Shown: positions 36,061 to 47,939, numbered from the stretch's first letter. The stretch is 64,000 nt of DNA from a virus (IMGVR_UViG_3300031539_000008:38605-102604), one strand, 5' to 3'. Numbers and translations: made by a program. Notes: a model not told the origin generated them from the letters alone.

Positions 36061-37332
36061 TCAGTCGAGAATCAGGTCACGGTGCGGCTCAACCTTGAAC
36101 CGCAAGTTCTTGCAAGCGGCGTTCTTCCACTTCGCAATCTCCACGTCGATAAAGCGTCGGTCCAGCTCGCCCTCGTCGTCCCACACGCGATTGAGCAAGA
36201 GGACTCCGTAGGCAGATTGCGCGATGGCAGATCCGCCTCGCAGATCTCCAAGATTCAGCGGACGTTTTATGCGAGCTTGCTCACGTGTCGCGTGTTGAGT
36301 CGGCTGAACCGTTGCGACGATCGGTATATTGAGACGCTTCGCTGCGGCAGCCAGCGCATTGGAGACCTTGAACCAGTGCGAGGTCTCGTTCATGTCGTCC
36401 TTGTCGGGCTGGATGAGCTGCATGAAGTCCAGCGCGATGAAGTCCAGACCCTTGGCGACCTCTGCGCTCAGCAACGCCAGGACGCGCGACAGCCTGGGCA
36501 TCGCCTCGTCGATGTAGCGCAGCTTCTTCGCAGCATCGCTGTCCAGATGTTTAGCAAGTCCCTGGAGCATCGCGGAGAAGTCGGCTTCGGTGACATCAGG
36601 TCGCTGGTAGGTGGTGAACGTACGCGTGCTGACCTGGCGAATCTCGGCGGCGAAGGTACGCGCTGCCATCTCCTTGTCAGTGTCCTCCATCGGCCACAGC
36701 AACGCCTCGTGCCCGTTCTGCGCAGCGTGCCAACACGCCATGCGCCCGAACGTCGTCTTGTGTCCCGAGGTCACCGCGCCGACGAGGTAGAACTTGCCGC
36801 GCTGCCATCCCGTCAGTGCAGTCGCCAGCTTCTCCATGGGCATCGGAATCAAGTCTGTGATTCCGGATTTGAGCGCCTGCGTCCATTCTCGGAACAGCTC
36901 GATTCCGACATCGCGGTGCGTTCGCGCTTCGGCCACGCCACCGGATTCAGCCTCGGCCAAAAATTGCCGCACAGTGTTTAGTGCTTCTTCTGGTTGCTCG
37001 ATCTCGCCCTTTCCGATCGCCTCCGTCAAATCCATCGCCGCTTTGGACAGGTAGCGGACCTGCCACCGTCGGACGATGCGCTTTTCAGCCAGGTTTACAT
37101 CCTTCGCGCTTGGTCTCATGCCGGCTAAAAGCGCGTAGCTGTCGGGGTCTATCCCCAGGTCGCCGGGTCTCCATCCCTTCGCTGCTCCCTGTGCACCCAT
37201 CCACCAGCTACCCAGTTTTCCGTTGCTGAACATCGCAGCGTTCACTCTCGCATCGCGTTGATCCGCAGCGCGATGCACAAGGTAGTGTGCGATCACCAGC
37301 TTCTCCGCTTCTTCATCGCCCTGCTTGTTCAT
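36061..37332 (-). CDS. dnaB: DnaB-like replicative helicase
   Basis: GAVTSGHKTT Walker A variant, LDFMQLI, DLRGGSAIAQSA, IAKWKN. Confidence 0.85.
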   Translation of the reverse strand: MNKQGDEEAEKLVIAHYLVHRAADQRDARVNAAMFSNGKLGSWWMGAQGAAKGWRPGDLGIDPDSYALLAGMRPSAKDVNLAEKRIVRRWQVRYLSKAAMDLTEAIGKGEIEQPEEALNTVRQFLAEAESGGVAEARTHRDVGIELFREWTQALKSGITDLIPMPMEKLATALTGWQRGKFYLVGAVTSGHKTTFGRMACWHAAQNGHEALLWPMEDTDKEMAARTFAAEIRQVSTRTFTTYQRPDVTEADFSAMLQGLAKHLDSDAAKKLRYIDEAMPRLSRVLALLSAEVAKGLDFIALDFMQLIQPDKDDMNETSHWFKVSNALAAAAKRLNIPIVATVQPTQHATREQARIKRPLNLGDLRGGSAIAQSAYGVLLLNRVWDDEGELDRRFIDVEIAKWKNAACKNLRFKVEPHRDLILD

Positions 37333-37612
37333 TCAACTCCCTTGCCATCGCGTCGATCTCCGCGAAGTCGCGGTAGTGCTCGGCCCACTCCGGTTTGCTC
37401 ACTGAGAGCCCTGATTCGTAGGCGCAGCGCGCACGATACCTAGTCACCCAGTAACGCTCGTACCTGTTGCACCACCTGTCCGCCTCGTCTTTGGACTCAC
37501 ACGCCTGGTACATCACCGCACCTGGCACCATCGACCACGGTGATGCGCGAGGGTCCCACACGTACGCCCACCAGGCATCGGAGCCCATGAGCTGCCCCAC
37601 CCAACGTGACAT
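37313..37612 (-). CDS. Hypothetical protein
   Basis: Trp-rich 99-aa ORF coupled to neighbours. Confidence 0.55.
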   Translation of the reverse strand: MSRWVGQLMGSDAWWAYVWDPRASPWSMVPGAVMYQACESKDEADRWCNRYERYWVTRYRARCAYESGLSVSKPEWAEHYRDFAEIDAMARELNEQAGR

Positions 37613-37902
37613 CAGCGCTGATAGCTCTCGTGGCCGTGTTGTGCGGCCAGCGACTCCAGCGCGTCGGCGATGCGCTCCAGCGCCTCGACCTCCCGTTTCC
37701 GCCAATCAGCCTCCGTTTCCGGTGAATCCGATCCGAGAGCGCGCCTCATCCTGCCACGTGTCACGCGTTCATCCATGGACAATCACCTGTTTCCAGCGTG
37801 GCGCGGTAACGCCGGTTGAAATCATCCGCGGAGACCTCCTGCGTCACGGCCATTTCTGCCAAGCGCTTGCGTTTCAGCCATAACAGCCAATTTGTTTTCT
37901 TC

Positions 37903-38934
37903 TCAGCCATGTACAATCACCTGCCCATCCTCGTCGCATTCGTAGCGCACGTTGTTTTTCAGGAAGTAGAATTCGCCGGTGGATTCGTCCTGCCGAATCT
38001 TGGGCTTGCCGTTGTGGCCGTTTACTCGCGGAGTTCTCTCCAGCCATTCCAAGTATTTGGACGATTTCGACAAATTGGCCAAAGTTACAATGGCATCCGC
38101 CGTAGGGCGGCCATCTGGGAACTGCGGCGACTGGCGGCAGTGTTCCGCAGCGTTCCGGATAACGACGAGCCACTCGTCGATTTGCCCCGGGGTTAGCTTG
38201 CGGCCTCCGTGCGGTCTTCGGACCGAGGTTGCGAACGCGGCCTTGTATCGGCGGCGTGCGGCGATCCCGAGGGACAGACGGGCATCATGCAGTGCGTTGA
38301 GCACTGCTTCCACGTCCTCCGGCTCGGAAGTGGCACCGGGGCCTTGCCCCTCGGTGCCGGTGTCGGGGGTATCCCCGACGCTGCGGCTAGAGCGCCTCTT
38401 GGGCACACGTCGCGCAGCCACGCGCTTTTCGCGTGGCGGTTTGGCAGCGCTAGCTGCCACTGTGTTCTTGGCTTGGCTCGGCTCGGCTCGGCTAGGCTCG
38501 GCTAGGTGTGACAATTCGTGACCATCGGTCACGCTTTGTGACACGATGTCACGCTGCGTGACCAAATTGATCACGTCACCACCTCTCGCATCCAGAGACT
38601 GCCTCTCTCTGGACAGCTTCTTGCGAAGCGCGTCTGACGCCTTCGCCTCCTGTGCCATGCGGTAGTTCGGCATTGAAAGCGCCGACTCCTCCACTACGAC
38701 TGTCTTGCAACGGATGAGATCGCTGAGTCCTGCCTCGACAATCTCCCGAGGCCATTTGGGCAAAAATACGCAGACGACATCCACCGGGTCGTGTCCACCG
38801 AGATCCATGCGTCCACGTAGATTCATCTTACGCAGAAGTTGTGGAAACAGCGCCTGGGCTTGCCAGCTCCACGAGAGCGACGTGAAGGTGTCGCTCCGAT
38901 AGAACCTCACGTAGCGCTCATTCTCCCAGTCCAC
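37903..38934 (-). CDS. Phage replication initiator-like protein
   Basis: N-terminal wHTH-like domain (DWENERYVRFY...), low-complexity linker carrying iterons, upstream of dnaB. Confidence 0.65.
   Translation of the reverse strand: MDWENERYVRFYRSDTFTSLSWSWQAQALFPQLLRKMNLRGRMDLGGHDPVDVVCVFLPKWPREIVEAGLSDLIRCKTVVVEESALSMPNYRMAQEAKASDALRKKLSRERQSLDARGGDVINLVTQRDIVSQSVTDGHELSHLAEPSRAEPSQAKNTVAASAAKPPREKRVAARRVPKRRSSRSVGDTPDTGTEGQGPGATSEPEDVEAVLNALHDARLSLGIAARRRYKAAFATSVRRPHGGRKLTPGQIDEWLVVIRNAAEHCRQSPQFPDGRPTADAIVTLANLSKSSKYLEWLERTPRVNGHNGKPKIRQDESTGEFYFLKNNVRYECDEDGQVIVHG
38508..38579. repeat. 10-bp-phased GT[GC]AC iterons, putative intragenic origin
   Basis: Copies at 38508, 38518, 38528, 38538, 38548, 38558, plus 38575. 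Confidence 0.65.
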
Positions 38935-39349
38935 TACGAGCGCTCCTTGATACATCCCTACATTCAAGGATGAAATTAGAGAAGCTGTCGGAACACATGA
39001 AGCGACGACACACCCTAATGCAACTCTGCGCATCGTCAGCTAGGAGGGAGATGTATCTGCGTTCACCTCGTGCAGAGGCGCGCGACAAATCCTCGACGGT
39101 TTTCATGGCTGCGATGCGCAGCGATTCGATGAAATCATCGGCCCCTAAGTCGAGATCCAGATCAGACTTCCCACGGTTGCACGCGAAGCATGATGTGGTC
39201 AGATTCTCCTCCATGTCGGTCCCACCGTTCGCCAGCGCGATGATGTGGTCCACCTCCAGCGGAGATGATTCAGCCGTCATGCCGCAGTAGCGGCAGCGGA
39301 ATCCATCCCTCCAGAAGATCTTGAAGCGCAGGCGCTTGCTTATCGCCAT
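38918..39349 (-). CDS. HNH endonuclease
   Basis: RDGFRCRYCG...LEVDHII...GG...NL...CFACNRGK. Confidence 0.9.
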   Translation of the reverse strand: MAISKRLRFKIFWRDGFRCRYCGMTAESSPLEVDHIIALANGGTDMEENLTTSCFACNRGKSDLDLDLGADDFIESLRIAAMKTVEDLSRASARGERRYISLLADDAQSCIRVCRRFMCSDSFSNFILECRDVSRSARSGLGE

Positions 39350-39513
39350 GGCACGCCCCGCCCGCCCGCCCATGTGGCAAGCTCACCCCTGTATCCAGCG
39401 CTCATCATCCCATCATCGCTCTCTCTTGTACGGCGCCTGCCGTGTCGATGGTCCGTCTCGTTCCGACATCGGTGATACACCGATCACGCGCGATCGATCA
39501 AGGGTCGCGCAAG

Positions 39514-39548
39514 AAAAAACCGGGAGGGCCTCCGTGGGCCACTCCCGG
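39514..39548 (-). terminator. Intrinsic terminator
   Basis: ccgggag/ctcccgg stem with A6 on plus strand. Confidence 0.65.
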
Positions 39549-39639
39549 CTGGAACGAAACGTCATCTCCCAAGAGAGGTTGACGGTTCTATGTTGGGCCC
39601 TTTATGGAGGCCCTTTGTGATTCGACAATCGCACGGATC

Positions 39640-40713
39640 TCAACCCATGTCCAGATAGGCTTCGATCTTCTCTTCGATCTCGCGCACTTGAGCCATTTCA
39701 TGCGGGATCTGCGTGCCCAACCATTCGATGGGGACCTTCTGGTAGGGGTCGAGTCCCACCCTGGTTGCTCGCTGATGAAATGACCCGGGATCGGTAGAGA
39801 TCTGCTCCGGTCGACCATGTTTTCCGCCACTTGCGCAGTGGTGAAGATCCCACCAGTCCGGATCTCCCCCGCGGAGAGACCGCAGCTTGCCGTGACATGC
39901 GCGCAGTGTCTCCAAGTAGGTCTCGGTCGCGATGACGCGGTTGCATAGCACCTCGGGCGGCGCGGTTCGATCCCACCGCCACAAGTGCACGGCTGGATTC
40001 GTCCCGTACGCCCCGCGACTGCGCCAGCGGTTGGCCGACCAGTAGTGCGGGTTTACGTCTTGGTACAAATCACGCTTACGCTTCCACGACCCCCTCGCGG
40101 CCACCTTGTCGGGGTTGAGCAGGTGAGTGCGCTTCTTGTCGTGCTTGGCTTCGCGCCAGGAAACTACGGCTAAAAGCAGAGACAAAGGCTTTGGGCTGCA
40201 CTTTCCAGCGTCAACCTCCTGGCCTTTTCCCCACCGCCACCATTTCTGCGGCTGACAGATCCCCTCGTGCTTCCCATCTACGCGTCTGTAGACGTACGCC
40301 TCCAGCTCCGCGCGCGCCCGTGTGCGCTCGCGCGAATCGAGAGGTCGCGGGACGCAGACTCGGCCGTGCCCTGACACCCACCATGGATCCACGCAGATCC
40401 GAGTCCGTCCGGTTCGCGGATCTGGCGAGCATTCGGTCGGCAGTTCCTCGCTGGCACCGTCCCCTTCGCGCCGGCATGGCGGGAGGTCGTCGACCTCGTA
40501 GCACCAGTTCTCGGCTCCTTCGTACGCTTCCATGGCGAGCGTTGGTTCTGGCTTGGGTACCTGCATCGCAGATAGGTGCGCTGACTCGGGCACTGTTTCC
40601 TCCTGTCTCGGCGTTGGCTGCTGTGGCTCAGCGGATGGCTCAGCGGGTTGGTAGGGCTCGGACGAACAGACCGAGAGGGTGAACAGCGTCATCAGCGTGA
40701 TGGAGTGGCGCAT
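39640..40713 (-). CDS. Secreted Cys-rich protein, possibly lysozyme-like
   Basis: Signal-like MRHSITLMTLFTLSVC; VVSWREA...RGAYG resembles transglycosylase motifs weakly. Confidence 0.5.
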   Translation of the reverse strand: MRHSITLMTLFTLSVCSSEPYQPAEPSAEPQQPTPRQEETVPESAHLSAMQVPKPEPTLAMEAYEGAENWCYEVDDLPPCRREGDGASEELPTECSPDPRTGRTRICVDPWWVSGHGRVCVPRPLDSRERTRARAELEAYVYRRVDGKHEGICQPQKWWRWGKGQEVDAGKCSPKPLSLLLAVVSWREAKHDKKRTHLLNPDKVAARGSWKRKRDLYQDVNPHYWSANRWRSRGAYGTNPAVHLWRWDRTAPPEVLCNRVIATETYLETLRACHGKLRSLRGGDPDWWDLHHCASGGKHGRPEQISTDPGSFHQRATRVGLDPYQKVPIEWLGTQIPHEMAQVREIEEKIEAYLDMG

Positions 40714-40723
40714 CGGCGGGAGT

Positions 40724-43700
40724 CTACCGTTTCTTCTTTGCCTCGCGCGCGCGGGCACGCGTGAGCGCGTGATGAAGGCGGTCGACCGCCTCTTGCGCGT
40801 GTGCATTCGCACCGACCATCGCTTGATGGCCGATTTTGTAGATCCCGACGGGCGGCTCTCCCTCATCGAGATCGCGTGCGATCGAGTCAGCAAGTTTGAC
40901 CACGTCTGGCCAACGGCTATGGAAAACCGCGTCGCTGAGATGCTGACGTGCCATGAAAGTGTCCTGCTTCATGGCACCGCAAGCTCCGCAGCGACGGCTC
41001 GGCCGAGGTCGGTGATGATGACGACGGATTGCCCGAGGGCTATCCGTCCCGTGTCCGCGACGATTCCTAGGGCGACGAGGTGATTGCGGTACTGCGTTCT
41101 GAACGGCTTGTTGTGCCGGGCGCTGCGGGTCAGGGCGTTGACTTCGCCCTGGTTCATGCGGCCGGCGATTTCGGCGGGGCTAGGCATCGTCAGCCTCCAG
41201 CGTCGCGGTCATGGAATCTGGCAGATACTTGATCGTGAATCCGTCCAGGTCGTTGCCTTCGACGGTCGCCTTGCCTTCGCATACTGCTAGCACGGTCTTG
41301 CAGTTCATGTTGGGCAAGATGCCGAGTGCGCGGGTAACGTCCCCCTTCTCAAAGCAGGAACGCAGCTCCATCGCGATGGCGTTGCCGTAGAGCATGGGAA
41401 ACGGACGATTCTCATGTTTCGTCTTAGCCGACTCGTCCTGCTTCGCACGTGTTCCAACGCGGTTCTCGCTGCTGAGGAAGTAGTCGATTCGGTCAGGCGA
41501 GGTCTGGGCGGCGAGATACATCTTCTCGTCCACAGACGAGAAGGAACCGGCACCACACTGTGGGCAAACTGGATCCTTGCTGGTCCCGCCAACCGCGTCA
41601 TCGCGGCCTGACCACCCGCACTCGCAACCCCAGAAGATGGGCAGGGACTGAGGCGGTGCGGGTGGATCTGGCAGCCGACTGCTCGGGATGTCATAGCACT
41701 CCGCAGACTTCCTACACAGCTCGCATGGACCGTATGACTTTGAGAACGAAGTGGGCCACTTGCTCTTGACTCGGCATGGTTCGCAGAAAAACATTATTCG
41801 TACACTTCATTTCCAACGGTCACTTTGGTGAACCAGAGCGACATGAGGTAGGCGACCGCAGCCTCCTTGTGCTCGTGCTTGGGCTCGTAGCTGCCCAAGA
41901 TAGCCATTAGGTGTCGAAGTGCAGCGTCTTTGTCCACGCCCTCCTTGGCGCAGAACTCGTGTCCCTTGAGCCCATCGTAGAACCACCTGGCCATCAGCTC
42001 GTTCCATCGCGTCCCACGATGGCGTTTGAACTCCGGCGGGATCTCATCCCACTCTGGCATCCTGTTCAGCACGTGTGCCGGGAAGGCGATCTCCACGTCT
42101 GAGATTTCTTGTGGCGTCGTCCAATCGTCGTTGCTCATGCTGCTTCCTCGTGGTTGGGCAGGTAGGGAGACCAGCCCGTGATGGATTTGATTACGCCGAT
42201 GGAGCTGGAGGTGAAGACCGTCACCAGGCGCCACCGGCCGTCGGAGCGTCTCTGTCTAAAGCTGTACTGGTCTGGGCCAGTAGGGCGCGGCGCCCCACTC
42301 AGAAGGATGCCGTCGCGTAGCTCACGCCCATAACGCCCGCCGCGATGGAACAGGCGCGGGAGCGCGTCGTATAGCGTGGGCGTGTGCCCCTCGGAACGCA
42401 CCGCTGGAAGGTTGAGTTGGCGTATTGGAGTAGGCGGCTGCTCGCAGGCAATCGCACGACGTGGAGGATCAGCAACGCGCTCCAGTGACGGCGTCGCCCC
42501 GAAAAGTGAGGACTGCTCCAACTTGCTCATGTCCAGAACGACCTCCCCTCACAGGTACCGCGGCACTGATACTCGACAAGCTCCGCCTTCACTGTCTCGT
42601 CTTCGCCAGACTGTGCAGCCCATGGCTCGCAGATAGAGATGCAGTTTCCACCGCAGAATGGGCACAAGCTCGGCGGCTTGGGCACTGCCTTGTATTTCAC
42701 CGCGCTACCCCATCTGAGCAGGTGCGACACCACGTGCCGCACATCTTCAAGCAGCGTGACGAGTTCAGCTCCATCGCGTAACGCCGCAGACCAGTTGGCG
42801 GCGAGCTGACGAGCCGCGAGTGCGGCTGCGATTTCGTGTAGCTCCAAAGGTTCGGACATTTGCTCGTCGCAGGCGAGCAGGTCTTGTTCGGTTAGCCTGG
42901 TCAATGGTCGTCCTCCATCATCTGAGCATGGCGAGCCTCTGCTCGCGTCCAGTAGCACTCGTGCTCCATCCACTTGCTCTCGGGCATCGTCGCCCCACAC
43001 TCGCACTCATACGTCGATGGTTGCGACGTGCGCAGAGCGTGTCCCCCTTCATCTGCAAACGCTTTGATTCTGTCGAACACCTCGACGGCATCTCCGTCGA
43101 GAATGCCCATGTCCGCAAGCCAACGGCACACACCCTTCACGACTGAATCGCCGTACGGTTCCTCTCTGGGGATGAGCGAGGAAAGCAGCTTATTCACATT
43201 CCGGATGATCTCACGCTCACTCATGGCGCCACCCCCAACAGATCAAGCAGGGGACGCAGGGTCCACCCGTACTCGATCTTGCTGCGGTCGACCCACCCGT
43301 GATCCACGAGCCACGAAAGCTCGCTGAGCGTGACTCCACAATGAACGCTCTCATCGCGCCCCTCGTAGAAGACCGGAACCCTCGCATAGATTCTGCCTGA
43401 CTCAGCAGATCCCACTGTTACGTCGCGCTTGGCGTCCAGGCGAAGAGGCCCGTCGACTGTCTCGTCTGGGTTTTCTCCAGAGTTGTCACAGATCCAAATG
43501 CTCTTGCGATCGTCATCGGTGAAGAACCTCTTTCCTTGCCCGGCTGGCTCGATGCAAGCGAGCATCGTCCACTCCCGAGCCTTGTCCGTGGACGGCAGCG
43601 TTTCATCCATCTTCGCGCCCTCAACGATGCCTTCGCCTACCGCCTTCTTCTCGGAGGCCGTAAGCGGGCGGCCGTTGAACGTGGTGATGTTATATTCTCC

Positions 43701-44834
43701 CGCCATCGGGTCGTGTTCTTGGTAGGCGCTATTTTGCAGCTCCTTCGCAAACTGGCGGAGAAGTGCAGCCGGTGGTGGGGGATGGCCAAGTGACCTCACG
43801 ACCTCCTGGTCGTCTGAGTAAGACCGAGCGAAAGTCACAGAGATGTAATAGGTGTCGATGTCGTTCATGCTGCCCTCGCTTCCGCGTTCTTGACCCAATC
43901 CAAGCGCTGGTAGGCCGCCGGGATGCCCTCGATCTCAACGCCAAAGACTTCCCGCATGAAGCACAGCAGGGCGACGCAATCACACTCGTTCTTGATGCGC
44001 GTCTTTTCCATGAAGTAACCCAGGTGCATCGGAATATCCGTCTTGAGGGTCATGCCGCTTCCACCCGTGTCTCCCTCGCGGAGCCAGAACACCGCGAGTG
44101 AATCATCCCCGTCGAAGTCGAGCGTTCGACGGGCGTAGATGTAGTAGCGGGTCATGTTGCCCGGCTGATAGTCGTAGAAGTCGCCTCGTTGGTCCCTGAC
44201 TCCACTCATGGCTTTCGTCCTTGCTTTGGCGGGGTGTAGGTGAGGCCGTATTGCTCGGCCAGGTCAGCGAATGCCCGCTCCCACCGCTCGGGGGTCTCGC
44301 CATCGTGAATCGACTGAAGCTCCTCCAGGAACTCCAGGTCGGCATTTGTGAGATCGGAGAAGAGGCGACCGCTCTCATGCAGCATTTGCACGGTCGAGCC
44401 CTCGATCTCCGGGGAGTAGTCCTTGTCGCTGATGGCCAGCCCGATAAAGCATCGGACGCCATCAGGGGCTCGGTACATGCACGCCTCGGTGTTGCCCTCG
44501 GCTCGCACGTACCCCTGCCTGCGCACCGCTCGCACGATGCGTGTAAACAAGGACTGCGCGTGTAGGAGCCCAATCTCGTCGGGCTCGGGCTCCAGTAGGA
44601 TGATCTGCTTTTTGGCCAGCTTGGCCAGATTTTTCACCAGTCCTCCGGTTCAATCGGTTCGTCCACGTCGGCTTGCGTGTACCCGGTCAGGATCTCGGGT
44701 CGGTATCGCCGCAGCTTGGAAGCGCGGCACTCGCAGCACACCACGCAGAGCGGAATGCCCTGCGCGTCGTTCTCCCACCAGGAGTCGTTGTTCGATGGGA
44801 TGCCATCGAGGCATTCATGGCCGCGTCGTCTCAT
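40724..44834 (-). other. Run of about 11 coupled small accessory ORFs
   Basis: 40724-40972, 40969-41187, 41180-41794, 41794-42138, 42135-42530, 42901-43224, 43221-43868, 43865-44209, 44206-44637, 44634-44834; stop/start overlaps; several CxxC motifs. Confidence 0.65.
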
Positions 44835-45607
44835 CCTCCACCTCCGATCGCCTTCTTTCCGCTGCCCACGCTCTTGCCGCCACCGTCCAGATTGATGCTC
44901 TTGCCATCTCGCTGCCCGGCCTCGTAAGCTCCCCAGTCCCGCCTGGAACTGTTGGCGCGTCCCTTGCCCAACTTCATGTTGGACTTCAGCCAGGCATCCA
45001 CCTCGGCGCCACGTTCGTCGATGAGGGCGATGGCCTTGTCCACCCTCACCAGTGCGGCCGTCTGCCCCTCCAGGCGCTTCCGGGCTTCCTGGCGTGCCTC
45101 CTTCGTCCCATCGCGTAAACGCCTCTTGATGGCGTCCACGGCTCCCAGGCGGTAGCTGCTGGCCCAGGTGCGTCCCAGGCCAAGGGCATTGACGCGCACC
45201 AGACGCTCGATCTCCTTGGATAAGTACCCAAACAGGTAGGAGATCGTGGCCACGTCCGACTGCCTCCCCACCAGACAGAGCGTCCGCTTAGCCTTGCGCG
45301 TATCGTACTCGTACTTGTGGCCGATGTAGCACCGGCAAGCGTTGGCGGTCGCAAGCGCCACGGCGAGCGAGGTCTTCCACTGTGGCAGCCGGCCGGAGAC
45401 CGTCAGCGGCCGGCTACTGTGATCCGCGATCTCCTCGTCGTCGCCATCGGGCTCCTCGCCATCCATGTCGAGTACCGTCTGGTCGATCCTGTGTTGCTCC
45501 ATCAGGCGTTGCGCCTGGCCCGCGGCGTTCGCGGCCTCGTTGGCGTTTGAGGATTCAGCCAAGCGCATGAGCTTCTTGATTCGGTCGATGATTTTTTCTT
45601 GTTCCAT
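44831..45607 (-). CDS. DUF2786-domain protein
   Basis: IIDRIKKLMRLAESSNANEAANAAGQAQRLMEQHRI. Confidence 0.8.
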   Translation of the reverse strand: MEQEKIIDRIKKLMRLAESSNANEAANAAGQAQRLMEQHRIDQTVLDMDGEEPDGDDEEIADHSSRPLTVSGRLPQWKTSLAVALATANACRCYIGHKYEYDTRKAKRTLCLVGRQSDVATISYLFGYLSKEIERLVRVNALGLGRTWASSYRLGAVDAIKRRLRDGTKEARQEARKRLEGQTAALVRVDKAIALIDERGAEVDAWLKSNMKLGKGRANSSRRDWGAYEAGQRDGKSINLDGGGKSVGSGKKAIGGGG

Positions 45608-45626
45608 GGGGTTCCGTTCCGCGGTC

Positions 45627-45656
45627 AGTATGGCTGAATGATTCAGCCACGGTCAA
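45627..45656 (-). promoter_or_regulatory. Sigma70-like promoter with palindromic operator
   Basis: TTGACC-18 bp-CATACT; TGGCTGAAT-G-ATTCAGCCA at 45631-45649. Confidence 0.6.
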
Positions 45657-45657
45657 G

Positions 45658-45689
45658 AAAAAACCGGGCGCCCACCATTGGGCGCCCGG
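45658..45689 (-). terminator. Intrinsic terminator
   Basis: 11-bp stem ccgggcgccca/tgggcgcccgg plus U6. Confidence 0.8.
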
Positions 45690-45717
45690 CGCAAGGACGA
45701 CGCACCTTTCGGTACGC

Positions 45718-47384
45718 CTATGGGCTGCCGCCCATGTCTACCATGTCGCGGAACGGACTCTGCGGGTCACGGTTGATTCGTTTGACTATCAGGGCGTCGC
45801 GCTCGTCCGTATTGTCGGGCGGCGGTTCCTCCTGCATGGCCTCGCACCACGCAGCCTGAATGGTCTGCATGGCGCTCTTGAAGTCGCGCATTTCCTCGGC
45901 GGTGAGCCTATCCCGCTCTACGCCGGTGATCAGCGCGTCCATCTCGGCGGTGGTCAGTTTGATGTAGTGTCGGCGTTCTTGCATAGCTCCACCTTTTTGA
46001 TCCTTTCACCCTCCATGGCGATGTAGGCGTCGAGAGAGTCGATCAGCCCTGGCAGCACCTCCCTGATTGCGGTGCTGGAACTGACTTCATCTGGAAGAGA
46101 TGCCACGCACATGATGATCGCGGACTTCGCGGCCATCATGTGCGATAGGTCGTTGTATCCGTTGATCAGACGCGCTGCCTTGGCAGACATCTCCACGAAC
46201 GTCCAGGCGGCCTCCTCCATTGTGACGCCCTCCTCCTCCTCGTATTTATCGAACACCTGCTTGAGCAGTTGGTCCATGAGCAGCTTGACCAGAATGCTGG
46301 TCGCGGCGATGAACTCGGTGTTGTCCTCCCAGGTGCTCGCCACCTTGGCGGATACTTCCCTGCGCAGTTGGATGGGGATGATCATTTGAGCCTCGACTCA
46401 TCCGCATTGACCACCGAGAGAACGTGGGTGTCCTCATCTTCCACGAGGAAGTATATGTCACCGTGTGGCGTCACACACGCCACGATAATCGTTCCCTCGA
46501 ATTCTTCGTCGTCGTCGTCCTCGCTGTCCCAGGCCACGGTGCGGCCGATCAGGGCTGCGATCCCTACTTCGTTGGTTGTCATGCGTCCTTGCTTTCTTGC
46601 CACGGTGTCCCGTGGCGACCGGCGACCTGCGCCACCCAAAACAGGTCGAACTTGCTGAGTCTTCCACTGGCGACCGCCGCCTGGATGGCAGCTCCGACGG
46701 CGTCAGTCCAACCGGGTGCGCCCCGGAGGTCTGTGCCGTCTACGAAATCCTGGTGTCGCCCGATGGCTGCGGCGACCTTTTCCTCCATGCCCTTGAACTT
46801 GTTTGCAATCTGGCACTCTTCGCACGTAGGCATGTGGCTGACGAGCCACGATAGTCGCATGAGGCGCCCGGCATCCCCACGGGCCGTGTTCTTGGCGTGG
46901 GAGACGGTGGCATCGCAGTACCCGGCCCACCAGAGCTGGTTGAGTTTGTTCTGATCGAGCATCAGCGCTTCGCTCCGTTCACGACCTCATTCAGTAGCAG
47001 GATCATCTCCGTAACCCCGTAGACCGATCTGAGGTATTCGACCTGCTCCTCGACACCACCGTTGTTGACCTTAGTTGCCTCCTCGGATTTCGCATCATGG
47101 ACGGCTTCATCCAGGTCCTCATCTTGGAGCTGGCCGACCAGCGCCTGGAGTCGTTCCTGAAGGCTCTCGCTGTTCTGTGCGCTCATGTCCTACTCCTTGT
47201 CATAGCCATCGAACCAGTCACCCACGCGCTCAGTGAGAGCCCGCAGGTCAGGCCGGGTGCAAGTGCTGCTGCTGGTCTCAGGGTGCCCGCAGTGCTTTCG
47301 AGCCTGGGCCAGCGTGAGGCCCGTGAGGGTCACGACATGGGGGCGATCATCGCTGGCGAAGAAACGGATGATTTTGTAGCTCAT
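45718..47384 (-). other. Run of six small accessory ORFs
   Basis: 45718-45984, 45954-46385, 46382-46582, 46579-46962, 46962-47186, 47190-47384; overlapping starts and stops. Confidence 0.6.
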
Positions 47385-47386
47385 GG

Positions 47387-47767
47387 CTACCACCACGCCC
47401 TGTAGAACACAGTGCGTCCCGCAAGCAGCGCGGACTTTGCCTTCTCGATGAATGCCAGATCATCCTGTTTCTCCTCCTCGGTGCCCCGCGACTGCCCGAA
47501 GAAGAACCCTTGCGTGTCGGGTAGACCTCCACTGCGTATATCGGTCTCCAGTGACGCCAGGTCGCCGTACGTCAGCCGTACGTTGACACAGTTGAAGTCC
47601 TGGTCCTTTCCGCCGCGTGCTCGATAGAGTTCCTCCATCCAGCCATGTAGGTTTGGGTGCTTGCGCCAGTAGTGCACCTCCAGCTCATCCTCTCGCTCGG
47701 GCACGTCGAAGTCGACCCACTCCTTGATCTCCAGCGTAGTGCTGCGAGCGTACATATCCAGTCCCAT
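47387..47767 (-). CDS. Conserved phage protein (MGLDMY...YWRKHPNLHGWM family)
   Basis: Recognisable motif; function unknown. Confidence 0.75.
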   Translation of the reverse strand: MGLDMYARSTTLEIKEWVDFDVPEREDELEVHYWRKHPNLHGWMEELYRARGGKDQDFNCVNVRLTYGDLASLETDIRSGGLPDTQGFFFGQSRGTEEEKQDDLAFIEKAKSALLAGRTVFYRAWW

Positions 47768-47939
47768 CGTTTTGTCCTTTGCGTTTGTGTTGCCCCCGGC
47801 AGGGGGATGAAAAAAAAACGAGCGCAGGGGGTATGCTTTTTTTACTCGAAAGCCGGCCATGCCTTATCCCTGATTTGCGGCGGTCGGCCACTCCCGCCTT
47901 TCTACACGCTCGCCTACCAACGGGCAGCGCCCGCCGATT

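Noticed and set aside
37769-37923. Near-identical 21-mers TCAxCCATGxACAATCACCTG
   Set aside because: Both are RBS/start junctions of consecutive genes; only two copies, no further support
47387-47767. Phosphoglycerate kinase label often attached to this family
   Set aside because: 126 aa with no PGK motifs
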